Shown here: piece after piece, positions 27,346 through 41,024 of the stretch
How the letters are laid out: each line of letters opens with the position of its first letter
How positions within the stretch are numbered: the first letter of the stretch is position 1
Assembly: GCA_025201805.1 (NCBI GenBank)
Contig: MU619240.1
Coordinates: 122,953 to 186,952, forward strand
Origin: Parasitella parasitica NRRL 2501
Lineage: Eukaryota; Fungi; Mucoromycota
Direction: 5' to 3'
DNA: 64,000 bases
Program-made: the position numbers and the translations under genes
The notes under the pieces: model-generated
The model's input: only the letters and a program-made list of their open reading frames with translations
Told to the model about the DNA's origin: nothing
Databases searched by the model: none

Positions 27346-30300
27346 TTATGTGGCATCTCCCTCTTCCGTATCTGTTGGCTTCCATGAATCAGGAGATATC
27401 GATCCAGAAGCAGTTTCTTCGATGATAGTCCAATCTTGATCTTCTTCTCCAAAACTAGATGACTTGTGATCATCGCCTGCCTTGCTTGTCTTCAGTATAG
27501 ACGACATTGTGCGAGCTTTGGCGAGTTCCATATCGCGATATATACATTGGATAGCTGTATCCACACCAGTTTCCTACCCAAAGTGTTATAAAAGTGTGCA
27601 AACCAACTACAAGTTGTATAAACTTACTGTGCGTATCTTTTGACCGACACGGTTAGCTACCTTGAGCATATTTGCATCAGTAGACACGACTCTCAGGGCA
27701 GCAGACAAGTTATCCACGGTCAGATTTTTGATACATCTGCCTAATCCCATTTCTTCTACTCTTTCTCCCCAGAAGAACTGGTCTGCAAAAAATGGTTTAA
27801 TGATGGTAGGTCTACCAGCTCGAAGGCCAGCGGCAGTTGTTCCCGCGCCACCATGATGGACTACAGCTCGTATTTTGGGGAACAACCAATCATGAGGAAC
27901 CGATTGCACGCTCATAATTGTACCTGGGTGTCTGCCAAGAATGTTTGCTTCTTCATCCACAGCACCTTGTTTGTGTCGAGATGACCAACCTCTAGATACG
28001 ATAGCTCTGACGTCTGATAATAACACAGACTCAATGATAACCCGAGTGATTTCAAGAGGATCCGAAACAATGATGGATCCAAATCCTATGTACACAATGG
28101 GCCTTTTATCTCGAGCTTCAATGAAAGCCTTCAATTCTGCATCAGGGTTCCAACCTGTCTGCGGATTGTCCAAAAACCAATATCCTGTGCAATGTATCCA
28201 GTCCAGCCAATCCAGCGGACTAGGGACAATGCTGGGACTAAAGGAATACAGATAGGGGATCTTCCATACCTCAAGTTTTTCGTAGCTGGTTGCAGGTAAT
28301 CCCAGCGTCGTTTGTCTGAATGAATTTGTGCGTGCGGCAATTGCTCTCCAAATAGCATGGTCAAACAAGACATAGGTCATATCGTTATATAGTCTGCCTT
28401 TGGGATTATTAGGTGTAGCAAATGGGTGAGGAAATGATCTGGTGCGAGTCATTGGCATTGGAAATGATCTGAAATATGGTACTCGTAGCGCTTCTGCCAT
28501 ATGGACTCCAATCATGGCGCTGGGGCTTTCAATAATAATCTCGGTCCCTTGCACCGCTTTCCATGATAGCGTAAGCAATTCATCGATCCAGTCTTTAAAC
28601 TATATGTCAATACATAGATAAGTATGCGTGTATATCATGTTCACAATAAGATGCAATTTCTTACAAGACGAAGACCTTCCACCACAAAATTGACACTGAA
28701 AAAGTTATTCTCGACACAAATCCTCTATGTAAAATGAAGAACCTAATGTCAGAAACATGCAAAAATTCATGCCATATTTGGAAGTCGCATACCATCAGTT
28801 CTCCTGGATCGCCCCCAACACTTCTGAATTCAATACCATGCTCTTCGATCCAGTCTTTAAACTCGTCGTGTGTAGCGATTCTGCACCGGTGTCCTTCCTT
28901 CATTAGCCCTTTGCAAAGCGCTATATATGGCTGGACATCACCTCTAGTGCCAATAGTGATACAGGTGAAATGGAGCGATTTTTCGGGCTTCTTATACACT
29001 ATAGTTTCAGACTGTAGACGAGATAGCACTGGTAGATTACCGTTAGGCACGACTCGACTGATAGTATCCTTTTGCTCATCTTCCATTAATCGAGCCTCCC
29101 AATCTTTGATTTTCCTGATATTGAAGAATTAAATAAACATTCAGAAGGTTATCAAGTAAAAACCATACTTTTCTGCTTGATCGGGCTCAGTTTGACTTTC
29201 CAGTGACCTTTTATGTTGTAAAAAGAGTTTAGCAAAACAGCTGTTTCGTCGAGTGATGGATGAAAACTCAAGGTAGATTTCCTTCTTGTTTTGTGTCAGA
29301 ATGCTGAGCGAATGGAAAATATAACCTCGGCTTCTTAATTTTTGGACTCGAACCACATCTTGGAAGGGAACAATCATCTGCAACACTGTCAGCACAAATA
29401 TGCGCATTACATTAGGCTATCTTACCTTGGCTTTGGTAGCAAATCCTTTCGAATTGAACGAGATATAGTTTGAGGATATATAAAGCTTTCCATAGCAGGG
29501 CAATGTTTTCATTAATGAACATCGATAAACTACAAAGCATTGTTGGTCACCATGGTTACATTAGAGTGTATATTATGAAATCTCACCTGTTAACAACTTT
29601 TCTGACTCTGGTAGAACAAAATATTTTTGAAAGTTGGTCATGGTACGGTCATCTAGGACTTCTGCTTCGTCCGCACGTGGGCTACTGACTGTATCTAATC
29701 TGTAATTCTCTTCCTCATCATCATCGTCGTCTTCGTCTTCGTCCGCAACCAGGGCAGTAGCTGAGCTACCCACCGTTGTGTTTCCTCCTAACAGCCCATA
29801 TACTAATTTCATGCCGGTTCGACGCTTTCCATCCAGCCATCCGAAAGACTGATCATCGTCATCTGAACTAGAAGAATCTTTCAGTTTATCAGAAGTTGCT
29901 GATTTGGTGGTTGATTTACTGGAAGATGCTGAGGGATACAGCAAATCTTTCAGTGCGCCGGGAACAGCGAGAGCATTTGCCATAACAGAATTAGATCGTT
30001 TTGGAGTAGGCATAGATCCTGTTGAAGATGCTGGGATTGTGATGGGTTGTGAATCTGCATCGTACAAATCAGAAATCGATAAGGAGGGCGAATTAGTAGT
30101 TGAGCCTTGTTCGGGTGTAAGTGAGTGCAGTTTCTCGGACGTATTTGAGTCATGAGGACAGCTATCCCATACTGATTTCAATAACCTGAATGTTGTTTCG
30201 ATATCTGTAAAATAAGCGAAATAATACTAGAAGAGACGGAATGAGTATATCAACTATCAAACATACACTTTTTACACACTTCATCCATAACAAAACTATC

Positions 30301-31579
30301 GTCTATTCCAACTGCCCTGATCTTAAGAAACTTTTGAAATTCAAACGCTTCCGTCTGCTCGATATCCAAGATATTTTCAAACGGTAATGTGATCTTCAAA
30401 CTGCTGCCATTATTCTTTGCCCTAAATATAGCCTTTTGAAGAGCATTTGTCCTACCAAACAAAACATTTCAGTCAAATGCGCAATTTGTGCAGAAGATAA
30501 GCAATAAAAATTTACCATTCGATCATGGCTGCGTTTGTATCCGCCTGGAGATGCCATGTTTTACTCATTGTCACTATTCGAAAACCATGCTCTCTTTTTT
30601 TCGATTGACGCAAAGCGATGGCATCTTTGAGATCAATCTTTCCCAATGGCGAATAAGAGTCTGTGGAACTTTCAAACCAAACTAGCACATCATCTTTAAT
30701 ATCAAAGAAGTATCGCTCATAGTTACTTTTCATTTTTCCAATCTTTCTCAACAGTAGATAGCCAGATTTGTGAAAAGAAAGCTACAACAGTACTCTTCAG
30801 TTGAGAGCCAGATAAGTACAATAAGATGGCTTACTTACTTGGTTTTTGGGTAGTGAGGCATAAAAGCAGATGTGATTGTCAGTCAAATACATAAAACCAG
30901 GTACAATGGCAGATTGAACAATATAACATGGCCATTCTGCTCCACATCGAGACATCAGTACAAATACGGATCTGATATAAATCAGCCATTTACCTCCTTT
31001 TAGTGATTCTTTAGATGGGAGTTGAAATATGTTCATTAAGTTGTCTTCTACAGTAAATTCATTCATCACAGAAGAGTTGGATGAGGACGTTGAGGTAGAG
31101 TCTTCGATCTTGGCACCTGTCGCTTCTGCCAGCAACTGTCTAATCTCATCAGGCTTTTCTGACGTAAATTTTGTGTCGTCGCTGCGATCCATGTTTGCTT
31201 CTGGAATATCCCAAGCGCTACTATTTGTTAGTATAGCTTCGGTAGAGCGTCGCAAGTCTATCGAAAAACATCAATCTAGGCTATCCTGTAAAAGGGCCAG
31301 CCTTCCTCCCTTTTTTTTTAAAAAAAAAAAACTATACCACTTGCTGAGCCTTTAGATTGTTGTCAATTTTAACATGTAAATTTTGAATAATAAATATCTT
31401 TTACCTTTCATGTCTTCTATTTCTTGTGTCTCAAACTACGTAAAAAAGGGTCGGTAAAGATAGAAGGGAAGAAAGAAAGAAGGAAGTAAAGATGGAAAGG
31501 AGGAAAAACAGTAATATGTACTTACGACTTGGGCAGCAGCTGATACGAATTGCAAAACATTGTGATTTGCTTTATCCAT
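27346..31579 (-). CDS. ATG26: Sterol 3-beta-glucosyltransferase (PH/GRAM + GT domain)
   Basis: GRAM and PH segments, then HFTCITIGTRGDVQPYIALCKGL, PIVYIGFGSI, VPHDWLFP, VHHGGAGTTAAGLRAG, KPFFADQFFWG. 5' exons 31579-31526 and 31435-31405 are inferred. Confidence 0.92.
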
Positions 31580-32249
31580 TAATGTTGATCTTTGAGTTAA
31601 AGCGTAAAGAAAAAGGCAGAAAAAGAAAACATATTCATGCAATAATTATACTTGGTTTGGTTGGATTCAACTTCCACATCTCGTGATTACGGTCATTCAA
31701 AAACTCGCAGGATGGTGGATCAGGCAGCTGCTCTTATTGTCACAAGCTAAATCGGCTTTATGGCAGATACTTTTCTTTCGAGACGTGCAACTACTGTGAA
31801 AAATCAAAATGTTTTTACTGAAATAAAACAATATATATATACTACAAGATATCAATAGACTGTCTCTCAAATATTGTTGTTACTCAATATCATACGTTAC
31901 TATTAAAACATTTGAAATAAGAAATAAAAAAAAGTAGCTTATGAATTTATTCATAAAAATATTTCGATACAAAATAGAAATATCAGGGGAAAAGTTCTAT
32001 CAATATGGCAAGAAAAAAAAAATTATGTTGAAGAGCTCTTGGAGGAGATAAAGTATGTATGGGATAGCCCTGATTGTGGTGGCATCAGAGAAGTATAAAA
32101 TATGGCTTGTTGGTCTATTCTTTATGCAAAGGCATAGACATTTATATGCACTTTTTTTGAATGAAAGTTGATCTGCCATTATTTAAGATAGAAAATCATT
32201 ATAACGCACTTCAATTAAAAATTGTAGATTGTCGTTGTTAAACGGTATT

Positions 32250-32586
32250 TGTCGAAACAGGAGAATAAAGTTTCTGTTTGAAATCATGAAGGTTATCTGT
32301 AAAACGGATATGTGTTATTGACAAACATTAAGGTACTGTCGGATCAAAAATGAGTAGCCTTGTAATATAATAATACATTGTACCCTGTCAAGGATAATGT
32401 TTCTTACAAATTACTTTCATCGATTAGTATTTAAATAAGTTCCCAAAAGTTTATGTAGTTGTAAAAGTATAAATAGCAGAGATGCAAAGTTGAATCTTTA
32501 ATAAAGTAATCTCAAGTTTTCGCATCTCGTTAATACAACGTTTCATGTTATACTTTTTTTTATTTTTGATCTTGCAGCTCTCAACG
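32250..32586 (+). mobile_element. Solo-LTR-like repeat, copy 2
   Basis: TGTCGAAACAGGAGAATAAAG...GAAGGTTATCTGTAA...TATAAATAGCAGA...TTGAATCTTTAATAAAGTAATC...CTCAACG, colinear with 6171-6493; no TSD seen. Confidence 0.65.
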
Positions 32587-33812
32587 AAAGTTGCCAATCG
32601 TTAATGCTTAGACGTGAAACAGGAACAAGGTATGTACCAAATGACCTCGCTCTAGGGTATCCCCATATGTATGTTATATTGTATATCAATAGCTTATTCC
32701 CTGTCATTGTATACAAATAATTAACAGTCTAATAATTGCCTAATCTCATGCCTTTCTGGCACAACAATTCTTTTTAAAATCGAGGAAAATAAGCTTCAAG
32801 TTGTAATTGAAACTCTTGCAAGATTCTAGGCTTATTCAAAGACTACATTAAGATCAGAGATCGCGGGATGTTGGGGAGACATCTTACCCAATCTTCTCTT
32901 TAATGTAAAATAGAAGAATAGGTCTGTCCTGGAAATACTGTCATTTAATAATCTTTGACACATCTTGTCAAACATCAGATGTTATATGGATAAACATTGA
33001 TTAGGATATATTTTAGTATAGAGATCATATCTTATGTCAATGAAAGTCTTCAGTTTTGTATCTGGTTTTATTCAGAGAAAGCTTTATTCACTTTTTTCAT
33101 ATCACATTTACACAGCATTTCACTGCGCCCTTTACACTGGCACAACAGACATGATTATAATGCAAACTCGTATCAAAGAATGAACCTTCGGATTATGAAG
33201 TTTTATATGTATGAATATGAAAATTTGTGTTTTCTGCTGATAAAGTAAAGTTTAAAGATATCGACTTGCTCATAGAGATACTTTTATTAGATAGCGCTGA
33301 TCTTTCGCTATGTTTTCCAAAATCTCAAATCTACGGTTCATTCTTAGAAGAGAAGTTATAATATGACTAAATGTCTGTAGTAGGTTATAGAAAAATATAA
33401 ACTGTTTTTGTGCATGTTAATTTTTGATCGAGATATCGCCCAGAAGAGATCAAGTGCTAAATTATATAGCCCCAATCATACCTAAAACAGGCTCTACGTT
33501 GGTTTGTATAAAAATTCACAAATACTCATTTATTTTCTTGTATGAAAAAGAAAGCTTTGTTTTCCGCCGACAACTTTGTTGTATAATACGTTTTTCTATT
33601 CATATTAACTTCAGGTCTTATCACGGTTCCATTATACGTCGGCTCATTTAGCAGAATCTATGGGGCCACAAAATGTATCTGTTAAGTGGAACAGTAGTAG
33701 ATTTGACATTTTCAACGACAAAAATTAACGTTGAATTCGATTCGGGAACGGTTGCCATGACAACGTAATTGAAATAACGGATATCAGTATACTTGCTATG
33801 GATATAACAAAT

Positions 33813-34762
33813 ATTACTGGAGATCAGCTAGCTGCTCATGTTCGTTGTGAAATAGACTTTCGGTCCAATTTAATCCCGAGCCCGCATCGCTAAAATAAGC
33901 GATTGTAAATGATGTGGGAATTTAGCAATGAATGAATATGTCACACTTGATGATGATAATAAGAGAAACCTTACTTGGTTCTCATAGACTTCGAATATCA
34001 GCGCAACCTCGCAACGATAACTTTGGTTTGATCCTAACGAGGATAAAGAGCTGGAAGGCGTGGGTGAAGGTGACATCAATGACGCACTGCTTGATGGTGT
34101 TTTACCACAAGAACGTTACTTTTTAGCTATTGAGCTAAATAAACTAACAAAGAATGCGATGTTATAATCCATGAACCCCCTAATGTAATGGTACAAAATC
34201 GAGTTGTTCCTCAAGGCAAATGAGATCATCCAGTACCATGGGGAACAAGAGATCAGAAGCCAAGCAACTACCAGCGCAAAAATTCCATGTGATCCTAACA
34301 CCAAATCCAACATTGCCCATATTGGTCTAATGTAGATGAGTAAAGTGTGGGCAATAATGTGCTGATTTGCATATGAAAATGCACATCTCAGCAAATGTTC
34401 AGGGGTTTCGCTTAACAAGAGGGGCCTTGCCTCTTGACACATTCAAATCTTGGTTCATTGGCTCTAGTTTTGTTCTGCTTTTGACTGTTTCACGACGTTA
34501 CAAATCAATTTGTCACAAGTTTCACAAGATAAAGACATGGTAACCCAAAGACTAGCCAACGCTGGGTCGAGGTACAAAGTGTAATCTACAGAAACATAAT
34601 TGATAATGATGTACTTGGATCTTTCCACATTAGCACATCCGTAAAAAGGGCTAAACATTTAATCGCTGGGCCGAGTTGTCTAAGATTGTTCAATACAAGC
34701 GGTGATACACTCTCTGCTTCTTTGAAGTCACTAGTAAAGAAGTCCTTGTCATTATTAAACAT
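33813..34762 (-). pseudogene. Decayed Pex24/Pex28-32-family (dysferlin-domain) peroxin
   Basis: Family-like segments LMWKDPSTSLSIMFL*ITLC, SPW, IFEVYENQ|R, GLNWTESLFHNE. In-frame stops at 34586-34588 and 34116-34118, plus a frameshift in the DysF exon. Confidence 0.65.
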
Positions 34763-34890
34763 TATACTATATGAACAGGAAGAATGGGTGATGAAAATCA
34801 ACCTTGGTCAAAGGATTTCATTTTATTTGTGAAAAAAAATGACATGGTGGGCTCCTTTGCTTCCAATGAGTTATGAGGAAGATGGCTTAA

Positions 34891-36698
34891 TTAGATTGTA
34901 TTACTAACAGCTTGTTGGCTATCAACAATCTTATCAAGACCAAGCTGCTTGTCAGTCCACATAGGGGTAGGCTCAACCGCATTTTCAACACCTACACCTG
35001 CGCAACCTCCTTGAGCAGACCAATCTTCAACGCGCTTGAAGCCGTAGCGAGTCCAGATCTTATCGAGCGATTGGACAAGCTCATCAATCATAGGAGCATT
35101 GTGTCCAGGAGTAGGAGTGATGCGAAGACGCTCTTCGCCAACAGGGACAGTAGGATAATTGATACTTTGGACGTAAATGTCGTGTTCAGACAAAAGCTCA
35201 TCAGATGCCAATTTAGCGGCAGCAGCATCGCCCATGAGAACAGGCACAATGTGAGAGGGATTGGGGATGACAGGAATACCAATTTGACCCAAACGAGACT
35301 TGACAGTGCGAGTGTTGATCTGCTGAAGGTTACGCTCAGCTCTGGATCCCTTGAGATACTTTACGGATTCCATGGCGCCAGAAACAACGGCAGGAGGGAG
35401 GGACGTGGTGAAGATGAACCCTGGAGCATAGGAACGAATCATGTCGACAAGGTAGGCAGAGCCAGCAATATAACCGCCCACGACACCGTAAGCTTTACCC
35501 AAAGTGCCAGTAACAATGTCAATCTCGTCCAAGATACTGCCATTGCCCATGGTAGGATTGGAGGCATTCAGGTCGTAATCAAGATGCTCAGCTACGCCTG
35601 CGCCGCGAGGGCCATACATACCAACAGCATGTACTTCATCCAAAAAGGTGATGGCACCATACTTCTTGGCTAAATCGACAATCTTGCGGATAGGGCCAAT
35701 GGAGCCGCACATGGAATAAACAGATTCAAAAGCGATGATCTTTGGGACACTGGGATCAACAGATTGTAAGAGTTGTTCGAGGTGCTCCATGTCGTTGTGA
35801 CGGAAAATCTTTTTGGGAGCACCAGAATGGCGCATACCTTGGATCATGGAAGCGTGGTTCAATGCATCAGAGAAAATAACGCAGCCAGGCAGCTTGGAGG
35901 CAAGCGTCGACAAAGTAGCGTCGTTGGCGACATAACAAGAAGAAAATACAAGAGCGCCTTCCGTATGATGAAGGTCGGCTAATTCAGATTCGAGACGTAG
36001 GTGAAGATCAGCATTTCCGGCAATATTGCGTGTTCCACCAGCACCAGCTCCATAGCGATCCAAAGTGCGTCTAAATGGCTGATGTTAGTATTTGTTTATA
36101 CTGAAAAAAGGGGGTGTGAGAGGGAAAATTATCGGAGACATACTTCATTGTATCGGTCAAGACAGGACTTCTTCCCATGCCCAAATAATCGTTAGCACAC
36201 CATACAGTTACTTCGTCGGTGACACGAGCCGTGTGAGCACGAGGAAACTTTTGAGCCAAGCGGTTGATGTTGTTGAAGTAACGGTAGCTTTTGTCCTTGT
36301 GTTTCTTGTCCAATTCTTCTTGATAAAAACTCTCATAGTCGAAATGCCTCTTAGTCTGATGAGACACAGCAACAGCAGCGGGAGTGGTAACTGGGATGGG
36401 ACCCTGGCCATGATTGGTGACTAAGAAGAATTGGTAAGTATACACATCTCCGCCATGGATTTAGTCAATCAGACTCACTAGCAGTTGCCTTTACAGGCAT
36501 GGAGGGTGATTGAGAAGTGGCCTTGGTGGTTGAAAGGGAACGAGATTGGATAGCTTTGCTCATGATGGGGCACTGCTGAGCTTTGTTCATCAAAGGGCTC
36601 ATGGCACTGTTTCCAGTCGTAAGTCTACGAAGAGACGAAATAGAAGCAACATGAATAAATGGACACGATTTCTTTGCTTGCATCAAAGCGATCTCCAT
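34891..36698 (-). CDS. HEM1: 5-aminolevulinate synthase, mitochondrial
   Basis: Presequence with heme-regulatory CP motifs (KSCPF, QQCPIM). [37 protein letters not shown] lysine in TGTLGKAYG. Exons 36698-36479, 36420-36144, 36070-34891. Confidence 0.98.
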
Positions 36699-36976
36699 TG
36701 TTGAAATTATAAAAAGTAGGGGGATTTGAAGAGTATGAGAGAAGGATAAGGACAAGAAAAGTGTAAGAGAAAAACGTTCTTATAAACAAAAGAGAGTCGA
36801 TTTGTGTCTTTTAACGTGTGGGGAGGTCAATCTTATAGTTTTTTTTTTTCTTTTTTCAAGGTTCCGACACAAACCAAGGCCAATCGTTGTCAGATTTGCT
36901 AAGATTATTTGACACAAATTTATTACAACCTGTAAACTGCAAGTAGGTGGTGATATTGTACAACAATAGGCATTTT

Positions 36977-38102
36977 TTAAAGTTCATCTTTGGCCAAAAT
37001 TATTGCCGGGGAGGCCGTTGCAAGCATCGAATCAACAATTGATTTTGTGATAGTAGCTGGTTGTGCAATCACAGTTGTAATCGCTGCAGCCAGCTTTTCC
37101 TTGCTCCTTTTGGTTTGACTCAACCACGCTACCCACGAAATACCAACATCCCATGTGCGCTTCTTTATAATGTACAAGACAACTGAGCTAAACATGAGCA
37201 AACCAAATAAGAGCAAGAGCCGATCGAACCAGTCTGAGGCTTCAAGCTGAGTAATCACATTTTTAGAAATATGAATCAAGGATCCCAAGTTTTGATATTC
37301 CGTGTGTGTCGATGCTAAAGTCCTTGACGATTCGGCTGAATGGTACATGAGGGTCCAAAATGTAGTATTATAAGAAAAAGGAAAAACTTACCAAGCATGC
37401 TGGCTGAAAATGTACTTTTCCCTAATTCTTGCTGCATAAGCGTGCTGGTCCTTTTCAATGCTTCGGTGACATCTGAAGATGCACGTAGTACTGCTTCATC
37501 ATGTCGTCTATATGGTTGAAAGTTACGTTAGCAAAAGGCAAAAGCAATGTCCAGTTTTAATTGATTGAGAACATTACCCTTTCTGCAATCCTTTTTGTTT
37601 TAATTCGTATTGTTCTGTAAAGCTTTTGCCGTTCATTCGTTTGCTGCCAATGCCAAACAACTCTTCTCTATTTCTCTTCTCTTCATCATTAACTCGTTTC
37701 TTTGAAAGCAATATAGCTTGGCGTGAGCTAACTTGTAATCTACAAGATACCATTACTACTTGTCACATAATCCACACAGAGTTCAACTCGACACCTACTG
37801 CTTTAGTTGATTGTCGTATTCAGCAAGTCGATTTAAAATCTTGATTTTGGATGATTCTGTATCTTGTTCTTCTGCCAACTGCTTTACTACCTGTAGAAGA
37901 GCTAAGAAACAAAGAAAACCATGCACAGCAGCAATATCTCTACCTCGATATCGGTTGCTAGGCAACGGACACTAGATCTGATTAGTTCGGCTACTTCTTT
38001 TTGAACAGTGATAGAGTCAACATGATGCAGCTTTTCAACTTGTCTTTGACATTCTGCTGCTAGTCTACTAAGGGATCTAAAGCTGTTTTCTACAGTGGCC
38101 AT
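36977..38102 (-). CDS. SEC20: ER SNARE Sec20/BNIP1
   Basis: ASSDVTEALKRTSTLMQQELGKS...LAESSRTL (Sec20 SNARE motif), DWFDRLLL TM segment, C-terminal KDEL retrieval signal. Confidence 0.85.
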
Positions 38103-38511
38103 TTGGGCGAAAAATGCAAAAGAAATCTACGTGGCAATTCGCTGGGCGTTACAACTCCGTGAGAAGCAAACTGATGCACATGAGATCATTCTTACAACTT
38201 CAAATACATTGGACTTTCGAGATCAAGGCTACTTTGTACATGAAAACCACAGGAAACCACATCAAACGCTATATAAAATAGGTGCATTTTTTGTAGAGCA
38301 AAGTCCTAGCTACAAGGCCCCACCATTTACAACACGAAAGCATGGCTCTACTTGCGTTTGAAGGACAACCTTGTTCTCAACAGGTGGCTTGGGCTATTCC
38401 TCATAGTAAAAAAATTTTATTTTTTCAATTGCATAGAATAATCGATCCGTGTATTTCTTCTTTTTTCTTCCTTACACTTTAATCCTTCAAAAATAAACCC
38501 CCTTCTCTCCA

Positions 38512-40436
38512 ATGAGCGATAAACTTACCCGTATTGCTATCGTTAGCGCTGACAAGTGCAAGCCCAAGAAGTGTAGACAAGAATGGTAATAATTCATGGA
38601 AAAAAATGTAGCAAATCATGATGCTAAAGACTTTTATTTGATTAGTAAACGTTCTTGTCCCGTGAACCGTATGGGTACGTAGCCAGCAACTTGTATAGCC
38701 TAAAATTATATGGATATGTCTAACATGTTTGGCTACTAGGTAAGTTTTGTATCGAAGTTGAAAATACTTCCAAAATTGCCTTTATTTCTGAAGAGCTGTG
38801 TATTGGTTGTGGTATTTGTGTTAAGAAATGTCCTTTTGGTGCAATTCACATTATCAATTTACCTACCAATCTCGATGGAGAGGTCACTCACCGTTACTCT
38901 GCCAACTCTTTCAAACTCCATCGTTTGCCTGTACCTCGCTCTGGGCAAGTATTGGGTTTAGTTGGTACTAACGGTATCGGAAAATCAACCGCTTTAAAGA
39001 TTCTCTCTGGTAAGATGAAGCCCAATTTGGGCAAATTCGAGAACCCTCCTGACTGGCAAGACATCTTGAAGTACTTCCGTGGCTCCGAATTGCAGAATTA
39101 TTTTACCAAGATTTTGGAAGACAACCTAAAGGCTATCATTAAACCTCAGTACGTTGATCACATTCCCAAAGTCGTCAGTGGTGAAGTTCTCAACTTGTTG
39201 ACGGATAAGCATGAGCGCAACAATCTGGAGGACATGATCCAGTCTTTGGATCTCAAAGATGTGCTCAAGCGTGAGGTTGGTCAACTATCTGGTGGTGAAT
39301 TGCAGAGATTCGCAATTGCCGTTGTCGCCGTTCAACAAGCTGATGTCTACATGTTTGATGAACCTTCTTCTTACTTGGACGTTAAGCAACGTTTGAATGC
39401 AGCTCGTGTCATTCGCTCTCTTTTGTCTTCAACGACTTACATCATTTGTGTCGAGCACGATTTGTCTGTTTTGGATTACCTTTCTGATTATATCTGTATT
39501 CTTTATGGCAAACCTTCTGCCTACGGCGTTGTCACTCTTCCCTACTCTGTTCGCGAAGGTATCAATATCTTCTTGGATGGTCAAATCCCTACCGAGAATT
39601 TGCGTTTCCGTGAAGATTCCTTGACTTTTAAGATTGCCGAAACTGCTAATGAAGCTAGTGTCTCGACTGTCAACACTTATAAGTATCCCAAGATGCAAAA
39701 AATTCTCGGTGATTTCAAATTGGATGTTGAAGCGGGCGAATTCCAAGATTCTGAAATTATGGTCATGTTGGGTCAAAACGGTACTGGTAAAACCACCTTT
39801 ATTCGCTTGTTGGCTGGTCTTTTGAAGCCTGATGGTGACGCCAAGGTTCCCCAATTAAACGTTTCTTACAAACCTCAAAAAATTTCACCTAAATTTAAGG
39901 GTACCGTCCGTATGCTGTTCTTGAAGAAGATTAAGGGTGCCTTCTTGAATCCTCAATTCAACACTGATGTCATAAAGCCATTGAACATTGAAAATATCAT
40001 TGATCAGGAAGTGATGCATTTATCCGGTGGTGAATTGCAGCGTGTTGCCATTGTGCTGGCTCTAGGTCAACCCGCTGATATCTATCTTATTGATGAGCCT
40101 TCCGCTTATCTTGATTCAGAACAGCGTATTATTGCCGCCAAGGTTATCAAGCGCTTCATTATTCATTTCAAGAGAACTGCTTTCATTGTAGAGCACGATT
40201 TCATCATGGCTACGTATCTTGCCGACCGTGTCGTTGTCTATGAGGGTACTCCTTCTGTCCACGCCATTGCCAATACTCCCCAATCCTTGTTATCTGGTAT
40301 GAACAAGTTCTTGGCGTCTCTCGAAATCACTTTCCGTCGTGATCCCACCAACTTTAGACCTAGAATTAACAAGCCTGACTCTCAACTAGATCAAGATCAA
40401 AAGTCAACTGGCAACTACTTTTTCTTAGATCAATAA
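38512..40436 (+). CDS. RLI1: ABCE1/Rli1 Fe-S ABC ATPase (ribosome recycling)
   Basis: [52 protein letters not shown], two LSGGELQR motifs; two short 5' introns. Confidence 0.99.
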
Positions 40437-41024
40437 GTTTCGCTATTCCTTTAGAATCTCTCCTCTCTCTCTTTACGCGCCCACACTCATCCTTATTTTC
40501 TTTATTACCAACTTTGTTGTTTTTGTTATCTCCCAATTTATTTCCTTTTTTTTTTTTNNNNNNNNNNCCTTTTTTTTTTTTCTTTTTTTTTTCCTGCTCT
40601 GTGAAAATAAATGTCTACCTGTGTAAATTGCTTACCATTCAATAAACTTGTGATAGTGCTGCTTTCAACTTGTTTCTGTTTCTAACGGCTCTATACTCAT
40701 TATTCGAATTAGTTTGATGAGCGCATTTGCCCAGATACTGCGTATAAGGATTGTGCTTTCTTTGACTGCCCACACTTTTCAATAGCAAGTAGTAGTAGTA
40801 GGGGAATAATTGCATTAATAAAATTTCGTCAGTCTGAAATGATTCAACTTGATTGTAAAATACAGTATTAATCATCGCTGGTAAAAAGTTACGGAAACTT
40901 ACTAGAAACAAGAAATTTGTGTTAGGTATGATGCGTGTATGTATATTTTATTGATAGAATAATGAAAGGAAAACAAAACAAAAAACAAATTGTGCTCAAC
41001 AAAAGGATCAAGCAAGATGCAAGG

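Noticed and set aside
33813-34762. Stop codons rescued by A-to-I editing or selenocysteine recoding
   Set aside because: Mixed TAG/TGA/TAA stops, a frameshift and loss of conserved Trp codons fit decay better.
34912-35673. Long antisense ORFs over HEM1, ALA1, RLI1, POL5 and NCP1
   Set aside because: Shadow ORFs caused by codon bias in highly expressed genes.
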